NCBI GenBank assembly: GCA_009837815.1
Contig: VXSV01000072.1
Coordinates: forward strand, 1-49,169
Length of the DNA: 49,169 nt
DNA from: Acidimicrobiia bacterium
GTDB taxonomy: Bacteria; Actinomycetota; Acidimicrobiia; Spongiisociales; ZC4RG35
Reading direction: 5' to 3'
In this document: in pieces, positions 7,950 to 17,235 of the stretch
How positions within the stretch are numbered: position 1 is the first letter of the stretch
Layout: each line of letters begins with the position of its first letter
Program-made: the position numbers and the translations under genes
Notes under the pieces: generated by a model
The model's database searches: none
The model's input: only the letters and a program-made list of their open reading frames with translations
What the model was told of the DNA's origin: nothing

Positions 7950-10694
7950 TCAGAGCTGGTAGGCCTCGGGCCGGGGCGGAAGAGGCCTGGTGAGCCAGCG
8001 GGGACGGCGGAGATCGCCGGGTCCCGGGCCGGGCCGGGTGCGGTCCATCCATTCACGATAGATCCGGTGGGAGCGCTCGGTGTCGACGAAGACATCCCCA
8101 TACCGGTCCGCCGGCTCGGCATGGGTGAGGCGGACCCGCTGGTGCCAGGCGTGCATACCCGACACCGGATCGGGGTGCACCGGGAAGGCCAGGTTCTGAT
8201 GCACTCCCGGGTCCCGCCACCAGATGCGCTCGCTGTCGGGGTCGTCCGAGCGGAAGGGCTCGATGCCCGAACGGTGCCTAAGGAGCCACCCGCCATCCTG
8301 GCGTCCGATGTCAACCAGGGCCGACGACCAGCGCTCGTTCCCCATCTCGGGGTCCAGACGCCACCGGCCCATGTGATGGGAGGCCGCCACCACTCCTGGT
8401 CGGAGGCCTTCGGTGCGCCAGGCCCTCATGACGAAGTACCCGATGTCGGTGCTGATCCGGATCAGGTCCCCGGTGACGAACCCGAGTTGGTCCGCGTCGA
8501 TCGGGTTTATCCACAGCGGATGGCCGTGGCTTATCTCGTACAGGTATTTGGCATTGCCCGATCGGGTATGGATCAAGGTGGGGAGTCTGAATATGGGAAG
8601 CAGAATGCGCTCTGTGCCCTCCAGATCCAGGTCCCGCCAGTAGACATGAGACTTGATGTAGGTGGGAATGGCCGCATCGGGCCAGTTCCAGTCCACCAGG
8701 GTCTCGGAGTGCCACTCGAGGAGACGGGACGGGGACGTGAAGCCGGTCTTGCGCTCGCCGTTGAGCTCCACGCCGGGTTCATCCTCCTGCGCCGCCGTCT
8801 CGTTCAACAGATAACGGTCCCGGTCGATCTCGAAGGCGCCGTACTTTCGCATGTACTCCAGAGGCGTGAGACCTTCTGTGGCGGCCGCATCAGGCAATCC
8901 CGGAACCGAGTTGTTGAACATCCACCCGTAGTACTCGTCGATGCTGACCGGGCGGGACGGGTCGTTCGGCGACTCGTACCACTGCCTGATCCCCAACGAC
9001 CCGTCGGGATCGATCCGCCAGGACAGGTCGATCCAGAACTCGCTCTCCTCCCACACCTCACCCGGGTTGGCCTCGTAGGTGCGTTGGTACCGGCGTCCTT
9101 CTCGCTCTCCGGCCACCCTCAGCACAGGCTGGCGGAACCCGAGCCAGCGAGCCGCGTGGGTCTCGTAGGAATGGGTGTCGTGGCGTTCGGCCCCCACCCC
9201 CATGGGCAATACGTAGTCGGCGAACCACGCCGACTCGGACCAGGTTGGGGTGAGCGCCACATGGAGGCCGACCCGCTCCGGGTCGGAGAGGGCCTCGATC
9301 CAGGTGAACCCGTCGGGGTTGGTCCACACGGGGTTGTAGACCCGGGTGAAGTACACCTCCAGGCGTCCCCTGCCCTCTTTCAGGAAGTGGGGCAGGAGGT
9401 AGCTCATCTCGTAATGGCTGAGGGGGAACTCGCCCGGCCAGATCAGTTCGTTCCATCGATTGGCGGGGGGAGGCGTGTTCCAGTGATCGGGCTTGAACTT
9501 GTCCCAAGCGCTCGGGGAGGTGCCGCCCTCGGTCCCTACCGATCCGGTCAGAACGTGCAGGAAGAAGAGACAGCGCGCAACCTGCCAGCCTCCCAGGTTG
9601 CCCGACCCGGCCGCCCTCCAGGTGTGGGAGGCGAACCGAGAGCCGGCCTCGGCTATTCCCCGGGCTACGGCTTCGATGCGCCAGGCCTCCACGCCGGTCT
9701 CCTCGGCGGCGAACTCGATGGTGTAGGGGGCGTAGGTCTCACCGAGCAGTTCCAAAAAGCTCTCGTATGTGCGGGGCCTGTCGGGCGCCCGCGCCCGGAG
9801 CGACGCCTCCCAGTTGACCCAGCGGCTCACAAAGTCGTGATCGACGGCGTCCCACTCCAGCAGACGGGAGGCCACGGCCAGCAACATGGCCGCCTCGGTG
9901 CCCGGCCACGGCGACAGCCAGTAATCGGACATCGACGCCGTGTTGGAAAGGCGCGGATCGATGGTGGCCACCTTCCCCCCCGCTTGGCGAGCCTCGATGA
10001 TCCGCTGGGCGTGGGGGTTGAAGTAGTGACCGGACTCGAGTTGGGCAGACAGCAGCAGGATAAACCTGGCGTTGGCGAAGTCCGCGGAAGGACGGTCATA
10101 ACCCATCCACATCGCGTAACCGGTGCGGGCCCCCGACGAGCAGATGTTGGTGTGGCTGTTGTGCCCATCCACCCCCCAGGAACGGAGGATCCGGTCGATG
10201 AAGCCATCCTCGCCGGGCCGTCCCACGTGGTACATGATCTCGTCGTGACGGTCCTCGAGAAGCGCCCGGCGGATTCTTGAGGCTATATCCTCGAGTGCTT
10301 CCTCCCAGGACACCTGTTCCCACTTGCCCTCCCCTCGCGCACCCGAACGCCTCAGCGGGTGCAGGATCCGCTCCGGGTCGTACATTTGGTTGAGCGTCGC
10401 CGGGCCCTTGGCGCAGTTGCGACCCCGCGAACCCGGATGCTCCGGGTTGCCTTCGAAACGCCGCACCTGGCCGCTGTCCTTGTCGACATAGGCCAGCAAC
10501 CCGCATCCGGCTTCGCAGTTGAAACAGGTGGTCGGCACCAGCCGGTAGCGGCGTTTGACCCGCTCGGGCCAGGCCTTGGCGTCATATTCCTCCCAGTCGT
10601 CCCAGCGCTCGGCGGGCGGGAAGGACACCAGGCCCGTCCCGGGGACCAGGCGGGGCACCCGGTCGGAAGGCGGATGATCCGGCGTCTGGGTCAT
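7950..10694 (-). CDS. Molybdopterin (bis-MGD) oxidoreductase catalytic subunit, no Tat signal detected
   Basis: FS0 motif CFNCEAGC-x29-CAKG, large size and typical DMSO-reductase-family blocks. The start was chosen at ATG 10694 (GAGGAGGG, then 9 nt, then ATG; gives MTQTPDHPP...). The ORF-track start at 10760 would overlap the upstream gene by 44 nt. No RRxF twin-arginine motif is present with either start. Confidence 0.9.
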   Translation of the reverse strand: MTQTPDHPPSDRVPRLVPGTGLVSFPPAERWDDWEEYDAKAWPERVKRRYRLVPTTCFNCEAGCGLLAYVDKDSGQVRRFEGNPEHPGSRGRNCAKGPATLNQMYDPERILHPLRRSGARGEGKWEQVSWEEALEDIASRIRRALLEDRHDEIMYHVGRPGEDGFIDRILRSWGVDGHNSHTNICSSGARTGYAMWMGYDRPSADFANARFILLLSAQLESGHYFNPHAQRIIEARQAGGKVATIDPRLSNTASMSDYWLSPWPGTEAAMLLAVASRLLEWDAVDHDFVSRWVNWEASLRARAPDRPRTYESFLELLGETYAPYTIEFAAEETGVEAWRIEAVARGIAEAGSRFASHTWRAAGSGNLGGWQVARCLFFLHVLTGSVGTEGGTSPSAWDKFKPDHWNTPPPANRWNELIWPGEFPLSHYEMSYLLPHFLKEGRGRLEVYFTRVYNPVWTNPDGFTWIEALSDPERVGLHVALTPTWSESAWFADYVLPMGVGAERHDTHSYETHAARWLGFRQPVLRVAGEREGRRYQRTYEANPGEVWEESEFWIDLSWRIDPDGSLGIRQWYESPNDPSRPVSIDEYYGWMFNNSVPGLPDAAATEGLTPLEYMRKYGAFEIDRDRYLLNETAAQEDEPGVELNGERKTGFTSPSRLLEWHSETLVDWNWPDAAIPTYIKSHVYWRDLDLEGTERILLPIFRLPTLIHTRSGNAKYLYEISHGHPLWINPIDADQLGFVTGDLIRISTDIGYFVMRAWRTEGLRPGVVAASHHMGRWRLDPEMGNERWSSALVDIGRQDGGWLLRHRSGIEPFRSDDPDSERIWWRDPGVHQNLAFPVHPDPVSGMHAWHQRVRLTHAEPADRYGDVFVDTERSHRIYREWMDRTRPGPGPGDLRRPRWLTRPLPPRPEAYQL

Positions 10695-10716
10695 CTTCTC
10701 GGAACCCTCCTCGGCT

Positions 10717-12306
10717 TCACGACAGGGGCACGCTCTGGCCGGCCCTGACGAAGGCGTCATCGGCGAACCATATGCCGATCAGGGCCGCCAGCCCTCCCAG
10801 TTGAGACAGCCAGAAGGGGGCGCCCGCCCCTCCCAGGAACGCCGCTCCCAGCACCAGGGGCGCCACTACCCCGATTACGTGCCCTCCCAGCCACCACTCG
10901 GCGGCGTGGGCGCCTTTTGTCAGGTGATGCATGCCCGCCGCGTGGTTGGAGGTCGGGCACCGGGAGAAGAACTCGATGGCGGTAACTATGGCGAGCGCCG
11001 CAGCCCCGGCAACGAGTGCCCAGGCGAACGCCCGACGCGACGACAGCCCGAGATCGAAAATCCCCGCACACAGCAGACCGGCGGCGCCGCCCACCGCCAA
11101 CGCACCGCCCAGCATGTGCCAGAAAAGCGTCGGGCTCTGCCAGAGGTCACGGCCCTCCGCCTGGCCGAACAGGAAGGCTGTGTAGCAGGCCACGCCCACA
11201 CCAACCGCCGTCGACGCCCAGATCAGCACCGGAACGAAGTCGGCCCCGGCCAAACCGAATAGGAACCACAGACCGAGGATCATCGCATGAGCGGTGAGGA
11301 TCCAGGCGCCCTTCACCAGCCATGAACCCGGGTTCCCCTTCGTCAGGATGTAGTAGAACCGGTCGGGACGTTTGAGGTCCGCCACCAGCAACACACCGGT
11401 GAGCGCCAGGAAAAGCCCGGATATGAGGGGAGCGCCCCACCTGGCAAAAGCGCTCTGGGAGTCGGCGCCGAACAGGAGCGACAAGGCCAGGGCCATGACG
11501 ATTCCCGCCGAAATCCCCTTGGTGAGAAAGTAACTCGACACCCGCCATCCCCACGGCATCGGGTGGTCGGTGTTGTAGACCACCCGAGGGGGACCCTCGG
11601 GCTGCCCATTGGACGACGCAGGGCCCTTGCGCCCGTTGCTGCTCCCGGTTGCAGACGGCGTCAGATCGACGGTCATGAACGACGGCGCCGGATCACGCCA
11701 GATCCCCCCGTCCCCCGGGTCGACGGCGCCCAGGGGATCGATAGCGGCCTTGTCCGCTCCCTTGTACCAGAGGTTGGGCCGGGTGCGCTGCTCGGGAGAC
11801 CGCTGGAGCAGGCGCTCGTCCCCGACCGGTTGGTCCTGGAAGAATCGGGAAATAGGGGTGGTCGGATCGTTGAGGTCTCCGGAGATGATGGCGCCCTCGG
11901 GGCACACCACCACGCAGGCGGGCTCCAATCCCACTTCTACGCGATGCACGCAGTAGTTGCACTTTTGGGCGGTGTTGTCCAGTGGGTCGATGTACAGAGC
12001 GTCGTAGGGACAGGCCTGCATGCAACTCTTGCAGCCGATGCAAAGGCGGGTGTCGAAGTCGACGATCCCGTCGTCGCGGCGGAACAAGGCGCCGGTCGGA
12101 CAGATCGAGACACAGGGAGCATCCGAGCAATGATTGCAGCGCAACACCGAAAACGCCCGCTTGGTGTCGGGCCAGGTTCCCGTCTCGATGTATTTCACCC
12201 ACGTGCGGTTCACCCCCAACGGCACGTCGTGCTCGGTCTTGCACGCCACCGTGCAGGCGTGACAACCGATACACGCCGTCTGGTCGATAACGAAGCCGTA
12301 CTGCAA
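10717..12306 (-). CDS. Fusion protein: four-cluster [4Fe-4S] ferredoxin subunit (PsrB/DmsB-like) joined to an NrfD/PsrC-like polytopic membrane domain
   Basis: Cys clusters: CIGCHACTVAC, CNHCSDAPCVSICP, CIGCKSCMQACP and CNYC...CVVVCP. A Ser/Gly/Pro linker follows, then PWGWRVSSYFLTKGISAG and about 8 hydrophobic helices. The start was reassigned to TTG at 12306 (GGAAGGAG, then 6 nt, then TTG; gives MQYGFVIDQT...). The upstream 86 codons of the track ORF look non-coding. Confidence 0.85.
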   Translation of the reverse strand: MQYGFVIDQTACIGCHACTVACKTEHDVPLGVNRTWVKYIETGTWPDTKRAFSVLRCNHCSDAPCVSICPTGALFRRDDGIVDFDTRLCIGCKSCMQACPYDALYIDPLDNTAQKCNYCVHRVEVGLEPACVVVCPEGAIISGDLNDPTTPISRFFQDQPVGDERLLQRSPEQRTRPNLWYKGADKAAIDPLGAVDPGDGGIWRDPAPSFMTVDLTPSATGSSNGRKGPASSNGQPEGPPRVVYNTDHPMPWGWRVSSYFLTKGISAGIVMALALSLLFGADSQSAFARWGAPLISGLFLALTGVLLVADLKRPDRFYYILTKGNPGSWLVKGAWILTAHAMILGLWFLFGLAGADFVPVLIWASTAVGVGVACYTAFLFGQAEGRDLWQSPTLFWHMLGGALAVGGAAGLLCAGIFDLGLSSRRAFAWALVAGAAALAIVTAIEFFSRCPTSNHAAGMHHLTKGAHAAEWWLGGHVIGVVAPLVLGAAFLGGAGAPFWLSQLGGLAALIGIWFADDAFVRAGQSVPLS

Positions 12307-12411
12307 GGCGCTCCTTCCCCGTCCGGGCTCGAAGCCCTCGCCGGAACCTACGATTTCGTTACAACGATACCGGCCTGACCCGGCTCTCAACGGTTGGTAG
12401 GCTCGACCCCG

Positions 12412-14358
12412 ATGCAGCCGACCGACCTCTCCCTCGTCACTTCGGTGTCGGATCCGCAGATACATCCTGACGGCCACAGAATCGCGTTTGTGGCGACCGC
12501 CATCGACCTCGACGAGGACCGGTACCGGTCTTCGTTGTGGCTCTGGGATGGCGAAGCCCGGCAAATCACCTTCGGGGATGGCGACTCGGCGCCTCGTTGG
12601 TCGCCGGACGGCAAGTCCCTGGCCTTTGTGCGAAAGGGACCGGAACGCACCGATCCCACCCAGTTGGCGATCATGCCGGCGGATGGCGGCGAGCCGCGGG
12701 TCATCACCTCATTCGAACTGGGAGTGCAGGCGCCGCTCTGGTCCCCCGACGGCTCCCATCTGCTGGTTTTGGCCACGGAGTGGTTCGGGGAGTGGGCGGA
12801 CCTCGACAAGGATGAAAGGGCCCGACGGCCGCGACGCATCACCGGCTTCGATGTGCGACTGGACAACCGGGGCTGGCTCCACGATCGCCGCACATACGCC
12901 TATCTGGTGGAACCCGATGGCAAGACCGAACCCCGGAGAGTGGGCAGCGGAGACGACAACGAGTCGGGTCTGGCCTGGTCGCCGGACGGCGCCAGGGTGG
13001 CCATGGTCACCAGTCGCGACAACCCGCGGTCTCTCGAACGGGGCGCCGAGGTGGTGGAAGTGGACACCGAAAGCGGCGCCGAGACGCTGCGAGCCAGGCG
13101 GGCGGGCTACTACATGACCGCCTATGATCCTTCCGGCGCCCTCCATGGGATAGGCGCTCCGACCACCGACTACCCCTACGTCTTCTCCTTGTGGCGTCTC
13201 GACGACCCGCCGACAGACCTTACCGGACACATGGACCGGAGCATCAGCGGCCTGGCGGTGGCCACCGCACTGGAAACGCCGATATGGCTGGATGAGGGCT
13301 TTCTCTGCAGCACGACCGACCGGGGACGAGGTCACATAGTCGCCTTCGACAGCGACGGGAACAGGACGACAGTTCTGGGTGGCGACCGGTATGTCACCGG
13401 GCTGTCCCGGTCATCCCAGGGACGTCTGGCCTTCACCGCCACCGATCCCATGAGTCCGGGGGAACTTTACGAGCGGACCCCCGACGGCGAGGAGCGCCGG
13501 CTCACCGACTTCAATCGGGAGATCCGCACGGGAGGCGGGTTGGTGAGTCCCACGTTCTTCCAGGCGGAAAGCGCGCCCGGAGTCGATGTGGACGCCTGGG
13601 TGTACGTCCCCGACGGCGAGGGTCCCTTCCCGGTCCTCCTCAACATCCACGGAGGCCCGGCTTCGGAGTACGGCTTCTATTTCTTTGACGAATTCCAGGT
13701 CTACGCATCCGCCGGCTACGCGGTGGTCGCCGCCAATCCCCGCGGCTCGGAGGGGCGGGGCCTCGACTGGCTGCGGGCCGTCATCGGTCCCGGCTGGGGT
13801 GAAGTCGACCTGGAAGATGTGACCGCCGTCATCGACGAGGCCCTGAGACGAGACACACGCCTCGATCCTTCCCGCCTGGGGATCATGGGGGGATCCTATG
13901 GAGGGTTCCTGACGGCGTGGACCATCGCCCGCGATGACCGTTACCGGTCGGCCGTGGTGGAACGGGCGCTGATCGACTGGGAGTCCTTCGCAGGGACCTC
14001 CGACATCAACCGCGACTTCTCGGGGTTGTACTTGCACCCGGCGACGGCCTGGGACCATGAGGCCCTTTGGGAGGCCAGTCCCCTTCCCGCGGCCCGGCGC
14101 ATCAGCACTCCCACTCTCATCATCCACTCCGAAAACGACCTGCGCTGCCCGATCGGCCAAGCCGAGCAGCTTTTCGCGGCTCTGCTGCGAAAGGGAATCG
14201 ACGTCGAGATGGTCCGCTTCCCCGACGAAGGCCACGAACTGAGCCGGAGCGGCGCCCCCCGCCACCGCGTGGAACGTTTCGAGTACATCCTGGCCTGGCA
14301 CGACAGCCATCTCAAGCAACCCGGAGAAGGAGACCGGGCAACCCCTGGTCCCAGCTAA
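12412..14358 (+). CDS. S9 family serine peptidase (prolyl oligopeptidase / acylaminoacyl-peptidase-like)
   Basis: N-terminal beta-propeller-like repeats (WSPDG x3). C-terminal hydrolase domain has the nucleophile motif GGSYGGFLTAW, with Asp (ENDLRCP) and His (EGHEL). ATG at 12412. Confidence 0.9.
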   Translation: MQPTDLSLVTSVSDPQIHPDGHRIAFVATAIDLDEDRYRSSLWLWDGEARQITFGDGDSAPRWSPDGKSLAFVRKGPERTDPTQLAIMPADGGEPRVITSFELGVQAPLWSPDGSHLLVLATEWFGEWADLDKDERARRPRRITGFDVRLDNRGWLHDRRTYAYLVEPDGKTEPRRVGSGDDNESGLAWSPDGARVAMVTSRDNPRSLERGAEVVEVDTESGAETLRARRAGYYMTAYDPSGALHGIGAPTTDYPYVFSLWRLDDPPTDLTGHMDRSISGLAVATALETPIWLDEGFLCSTTDRGRGHIVAFDSDGNRTTVLGGDRYVTGLSRSSQGRLAFTATDPMSPGELYERTPDGEERRLTDFNREIRTGGGLVSPTFFQAESAPGVDVDAWVYVPDGEGPFPVLLNIHGGPASEYGFYFFDEFQVYASAGYAVVAANPRGSEGRGLDWLRAVIGPGWGEVDLEDVTAVIDEALRRDTRLDPSRLGIMGGSYGGFLTAWTIARDDRYRSAVVERALIDWESFAGTSDINRDFSGLYLHPATAWDHEALWEASPLPAARRISTPTLIIHSENDLRCPIGQAEQLFAALLRKGIDVEMVRFPDEGHELSRSGAPRHRVERFEYILAWHDSHLKQPGEGDRATPGPS

Positions 14359-14379
14359 CCCCCGACGGCCGTTCGGACC

Positions 14380-14844
14380 TCACGTGATGGCGAGAGTCAG
14401 GGTCTCGGCCACCAGTGCGGGACGGTCGGCTCCCTCGATCTCCACTGTCACCGTCCGCTTGATGAGATACTGGCCGGGCCGCCGCTCGGTGACCTCGGAC
14501 AGGGCCACCCGGGCCCGGATCCGGCTGTTCACGGGGACCGGCGCCAGGAAACGGACCTTGTCGGTGCCGTAGTTGATCTCCACCTTGGCGCCCTCCGGAA
14601 GGAGTTTTATCCCCGAGCCGAGATGGGGCAGGAGCGAGAGCGTCAGGAACCCGTGGGCGATTGTCACCCCGAAGGGCGACTCGGCGGCGGCTCTGGCCGG
14701 ATCGGTGTGGATGAACTGATGGTCCAAGGTGGCGTCGGCGAAGGCGTCGATGCGGTCCTGGGAAACGGTGAACCACTCCGAGACGCCGATCTCGCTGCCC
14801 ACCATCCCCTTCAAATCCGCCACGGTGAGAGCCTTTTCACTCAT
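14380..14844 (-). CDS. MaoC family dehydratase (R-specific enoyl-CoA hydratase-like hot-dog fold)
   Basis: DRIDAFADATLDHQFIHTDPARAAAESPFGVTIAHGFLTLSLL is typical of the MaoC dehydratase domain. Its ATG overlaps the stop of the upstream acyl-CoA dehydrogenase gene (14841..14844). Confidence 0.85.
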   Translation of the reverse strand: MSEKALTVADLKGMVGSEIGVSEWFTVSQDRIDAFADATLDHQFIHTDPARAAAESPFGVTIAHGFLTLSLLPHLGSGIKLLPEGAKVEINYGTDKVRFLAPVPVNSRIRARVALSEVTERRPGQYLIKRTVTVEIEGADRPALVAETLTLAIT

Positions 14845-16031
14845 CGGTGACTCCGGGTACGCGGGCCGGGCGCCTGGAAGGCGGGTATCCCGGTGAGGGC
14901 GTTGCCCAGGATCAAGGTGTGTATCTCATGGGTCCCCTCATAGGTGTAGACAGTCTCCAGGTTCGCCATGTGTCTCATCACCGGGTAGTCGAGCGTGATC
15001 CCGTTGGCGCCCAGGATGCTTCTGGCTGTCCGCGCCACCGCCAGCGCGTCGCCCACGTTGTTGTACTTGCCGACCGAGACCTGCTCGGGCGTCAGCTTGC
15101 CTTCCTCCCGCAGTCGTCCGATCCGGATGGCCAGCAGGATCCCCCTCTGGACGGCCACCATCATTTCCACCAGCTTCGACTGGGTCAGCTGGAAGGAGGC
15201 GATCGGAACGCCGAACTGCGACCGCTCCGAGGCATAGCCCAGCGCAGCTTCATAGCAGGAGCGAGCCGCCCCCATGGCGCCGAATACGATCCCCAACCGC
15301 GCTTCGGTCAGACAGGAGAGGGGTCCTCTCATGGTTGACACCCCCGGCAGCATCATCTCCTCCGGCAACCGCACGCCTTCCAGGACCAGGGTGGAGGTGA
15401 CCGAGGCCCGCATGCTGGCTTTGCGATCGATGGGGTGCGCCGAGAACCCCGGAGCGTCGGTTGGCACCAGGAACCCGCGCACCCCTTCGGGCGTCTTGGC
15501 CCAGATCACCGCCAGGTCGGCGATTCCCCCATTGGTGATCCAGGACTTGGACCCGTCTATCACCCAGTCGGATCCCACCCGGCGGGCGGTGGTGCGCATG
15601 GAGGAGGGGTCGCTTCCCGCGTCGGCTTCGGTCAAACCGAAGCAACCCACCACCTCTCCTCTCGCCATGCGCGGGAGCCACTTGGCCTTCTGCTCGGAAG
15701 ATCCGTACTTCCAGATGGGGAACATGCACAGCGACCCCTGCACCGAGACAAAACTGCGCAGCCCGGAGTCACCCGCCTCCAGCTCCAAGGCGGCCACCCC
15801 GTATTCCACCGGACCCAGACCCGCACAGCCATAGCCCTCCAGGTTCATCCCGAACATGCCCATCCGGGCCATCTCGGGAATCAGGTGGGTCGGGAACTCC
15901 CCCGCCTCCCACCACCCGCCGACCTCGGGAAGCACGTTGTCGGTGACGAACTCCCGTACGGTCTTCCCCACCAGGCGCTCAGAGTCGCTGAGCAACCCGG
16001 CCGTATCCAGAAAGTCAAGAGGGTCAGGCAC
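14841..16031 (-). CDS. gcdH: Acyl-CoA dehydrogenase, glutaryl-CoA dehydrogenase-like
   Basis: WITNGGIADLAVIWAK and the C-terminal TYEGTHEIHTLILGNALTGIPAF closely resemble glutaryl-CoA dehydrogenase signature regions. 396 aa. Confidence 0.8.
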   Translation of the reverse strand: MPDPLDFLDTAGLLSDSERLVGKTVREFVTDNVLPEVGGWWEAGEFPTHLIPEMARMGMFGMNLEGYGCAGLGPVEYGVAALELEAGDSGLRSFVSVQGSLCMFPIWKYGSSEQKAKWLPRMARGEVVGCFGLTEADAGSDPSSMRTTARRVGSDWVIDGSKSWITNGGIADLAVIWAKTPEGVRGFLVPTDAPGFSAHPIDRKASMRASVTSTLVLEGVRLPEEMMLPGVSTMRGPLSCLTEARLGIVFGAMGAARSCYEAALGYASERSQFGVPIASFQLTQSKLVEMMVAVQRGILLAIRIGRLREEGKLTPEQVSVGKYNNVGDALAVARTARSILGANGITLDYPVMRHMANLETVYTYEGTHEIHTLILGNALTGIPAFQAPGPRTRSHR

Positions 16032-16103
16032 TATCGGGCCTGCTTCACCCGTTCACGCGCAAAGTAATGCACCGTCGAAACGTCGTCCCTGCGGTCGCAG
16101 CGA

Positions 16104-16196
16104 CTACTTCTTGTTCTTATGGCGATTCGCCTTGCGCCGCTTGCGATACTTGTGCCGCGACATTTTTCTGCGACGCTTCTTGACTAGCGAGCCCAT
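16104..16196 (-). CDS. Ribosomal protein bS22 (30-aa highly basic actinobacterial mini-protein)
   Basis: Not in the ORF track. ATG at 16196..16194 is preceded by GAGGAAG and 6 nt. Translation: MGSLVKKRRRKMSRHKYRKRRKANRHKNKK*. It matches the MGSV[IV]KKRR.RM.KKKHRK...R..R..NKK pattern of bS22 that I recall from mycobacterial ribosomes. Confidence 0.8.
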   Translation of the reverse strand: MGSLVKKRRRKMSRHKYRKRRKANRHKNKK

Positions 16197-16359
16197 AACT
16201 GGCTTCCTCGTTTACCGACCGGGACAATTTGTCGGCCCACTCCTGCCGACAAGACGCTTTGAAGAATAGCGGCCTCTGGTGGGCGACCGGAAACCAGCCC
16301 GGGTTTTTTCTAACCTGCCCCGGAAAACACCGGGAAACCCTTGTTGAGAATGTTCTCCT

Positions 16360-17235
16360 TCAGACGATGCCCCGGGAGGCGATTGAAGGGCAGGCTATCT
16401 CCACCTGATCACCCAAAGAAGAAGAGAGAGCCTCCACCACCCGACCGGTCTCCGACGATCTGGTGAGGACCAACACGGAGGGGCCGCTGCCCGACCAGGC
16501 AGCGTAGACAGCCCCTGCGTTCAGCGCCTCCCCTATCAACTTCCCCACCGAGGGCCGCAGCCGGTTGCGGCTGGTTTCGTGGAGTTCGTCTCCCAGAGCG
16601 GACCGGAGTATCCCGGCTTCCCCCGAAGTAAGCCCGGCCACTAGGGCGGCCATCCTCGACAGGCTGTTGACCACCGCAGGCAGTTCGAACCGTTCCGGAA
16701 CGACGCTTCGGGACTCACTTGTGAACAGTCGGAAGGCGGGAACCAGCACCATCAAACCATAGGCGTCGCTCATGGTCAGCTTTCGCACCCGGCCACCGGG
16801 GTCCACCAGCGCCAGTCCACCGAAGACAGCCGCGGCGGCGTTGTCCGCGTGGCCTTCGAGGGCGGTCACCAACCTGAAGATCCGGTGTGCATCGACCGGC
16901 CGACCCACACTGCGGAGAGCGGCCGCCGCTCCGGCGGCGTAGGCGGCCGCCGACGAACCGAGACCGCTGCCGATCGGGACGTGATTGTCCACCTCCAATC
17001 GGAGCGGATGCTCTGAACCCACCGCTGCCTGAGCGCCGGCCAGTACTGCATCCGCCGACTCCGGTGGCGGCCGGTGGCGACCATCATGCCGCACCTTCCA
17101 CCGCTCGCTCCGCCACGCCCGGACCCTGCATCGGATCTCCAGCGCCAGCGCCAAACAGTCGAATCCCGGCCCCAGATTGGCCGAGGAAGCCGGAGCTGAA
17201 GCCTCAGATGGCGTCCCGGTCATAGGGCTCGACAA
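16360..17235 (-). CDS. thrB: Homoserine kinase
   Basis: GHMP-kinase motifs PASSANLGPGFDCLALAL and PIGSGLGSSAAAYAAG. The start overlaps the 3' end of the upstream CDF gene by about 20-32 nt, depending on which ATG is used (17235 or 17223). Confidence 0.9.
   Translation of the reverse strand: MSSPMTGTPSEASAPASSANLGPGFDCLALALEIRCRVRAWRSERWKVRHDGRHRPPPESADAVLAGAQAAVGSEHPLRLEVDNHVPIGSGLGSSAAAYAAGAAAALRSVGRPVDAHRIFRLVTALEGHADNAAAAVFGGLALVDPGGRVRKLTMSDAYGLMVLVPAFRLFTSESRSVVPERFELPAVVNSLSRMAALVAGLTSGEAGILRSALGDELHETSRNRLRPSVGKLIGEALNAGAVYAAWSGSGPSVLVLTRSSETGRVVEALSSSLGDQVEIACPSIASRGIV

Noticed and set aside
7917-10280. 787-aa plus-strand ORF
   Set aside because: It is entirely antisense to the motif-rich molybdopterin subunit gene. 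Its product is Arg/Gly/Pro/Val-rich with no motifs, which is a typical shadow ORF of high-GC coding DNA.
12307-12564. N-terminal 86 codons of track ORF 10717..12564; similar N-terminal extensions occur at 20718..21044, 35670..36242, 29451..29906 and 24552..24686
   Set aside because: The extensions overlap neighbouring genes or lack coding character. In each case an internal start with a good SD or a stop/start overlap gives an N-terminus typical of the family.
16290-16359. Possible intrinsic terminator after thrB (CCCGG-TGTTTT-CCGGG and CCGG...CCGG with a plus-strand T6 run)
   Set aside because: The stems are only 4-5 bp. The T-run is on the wrong strand for thrB, and no plus-strand gene ends here. 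This is too weak to call.
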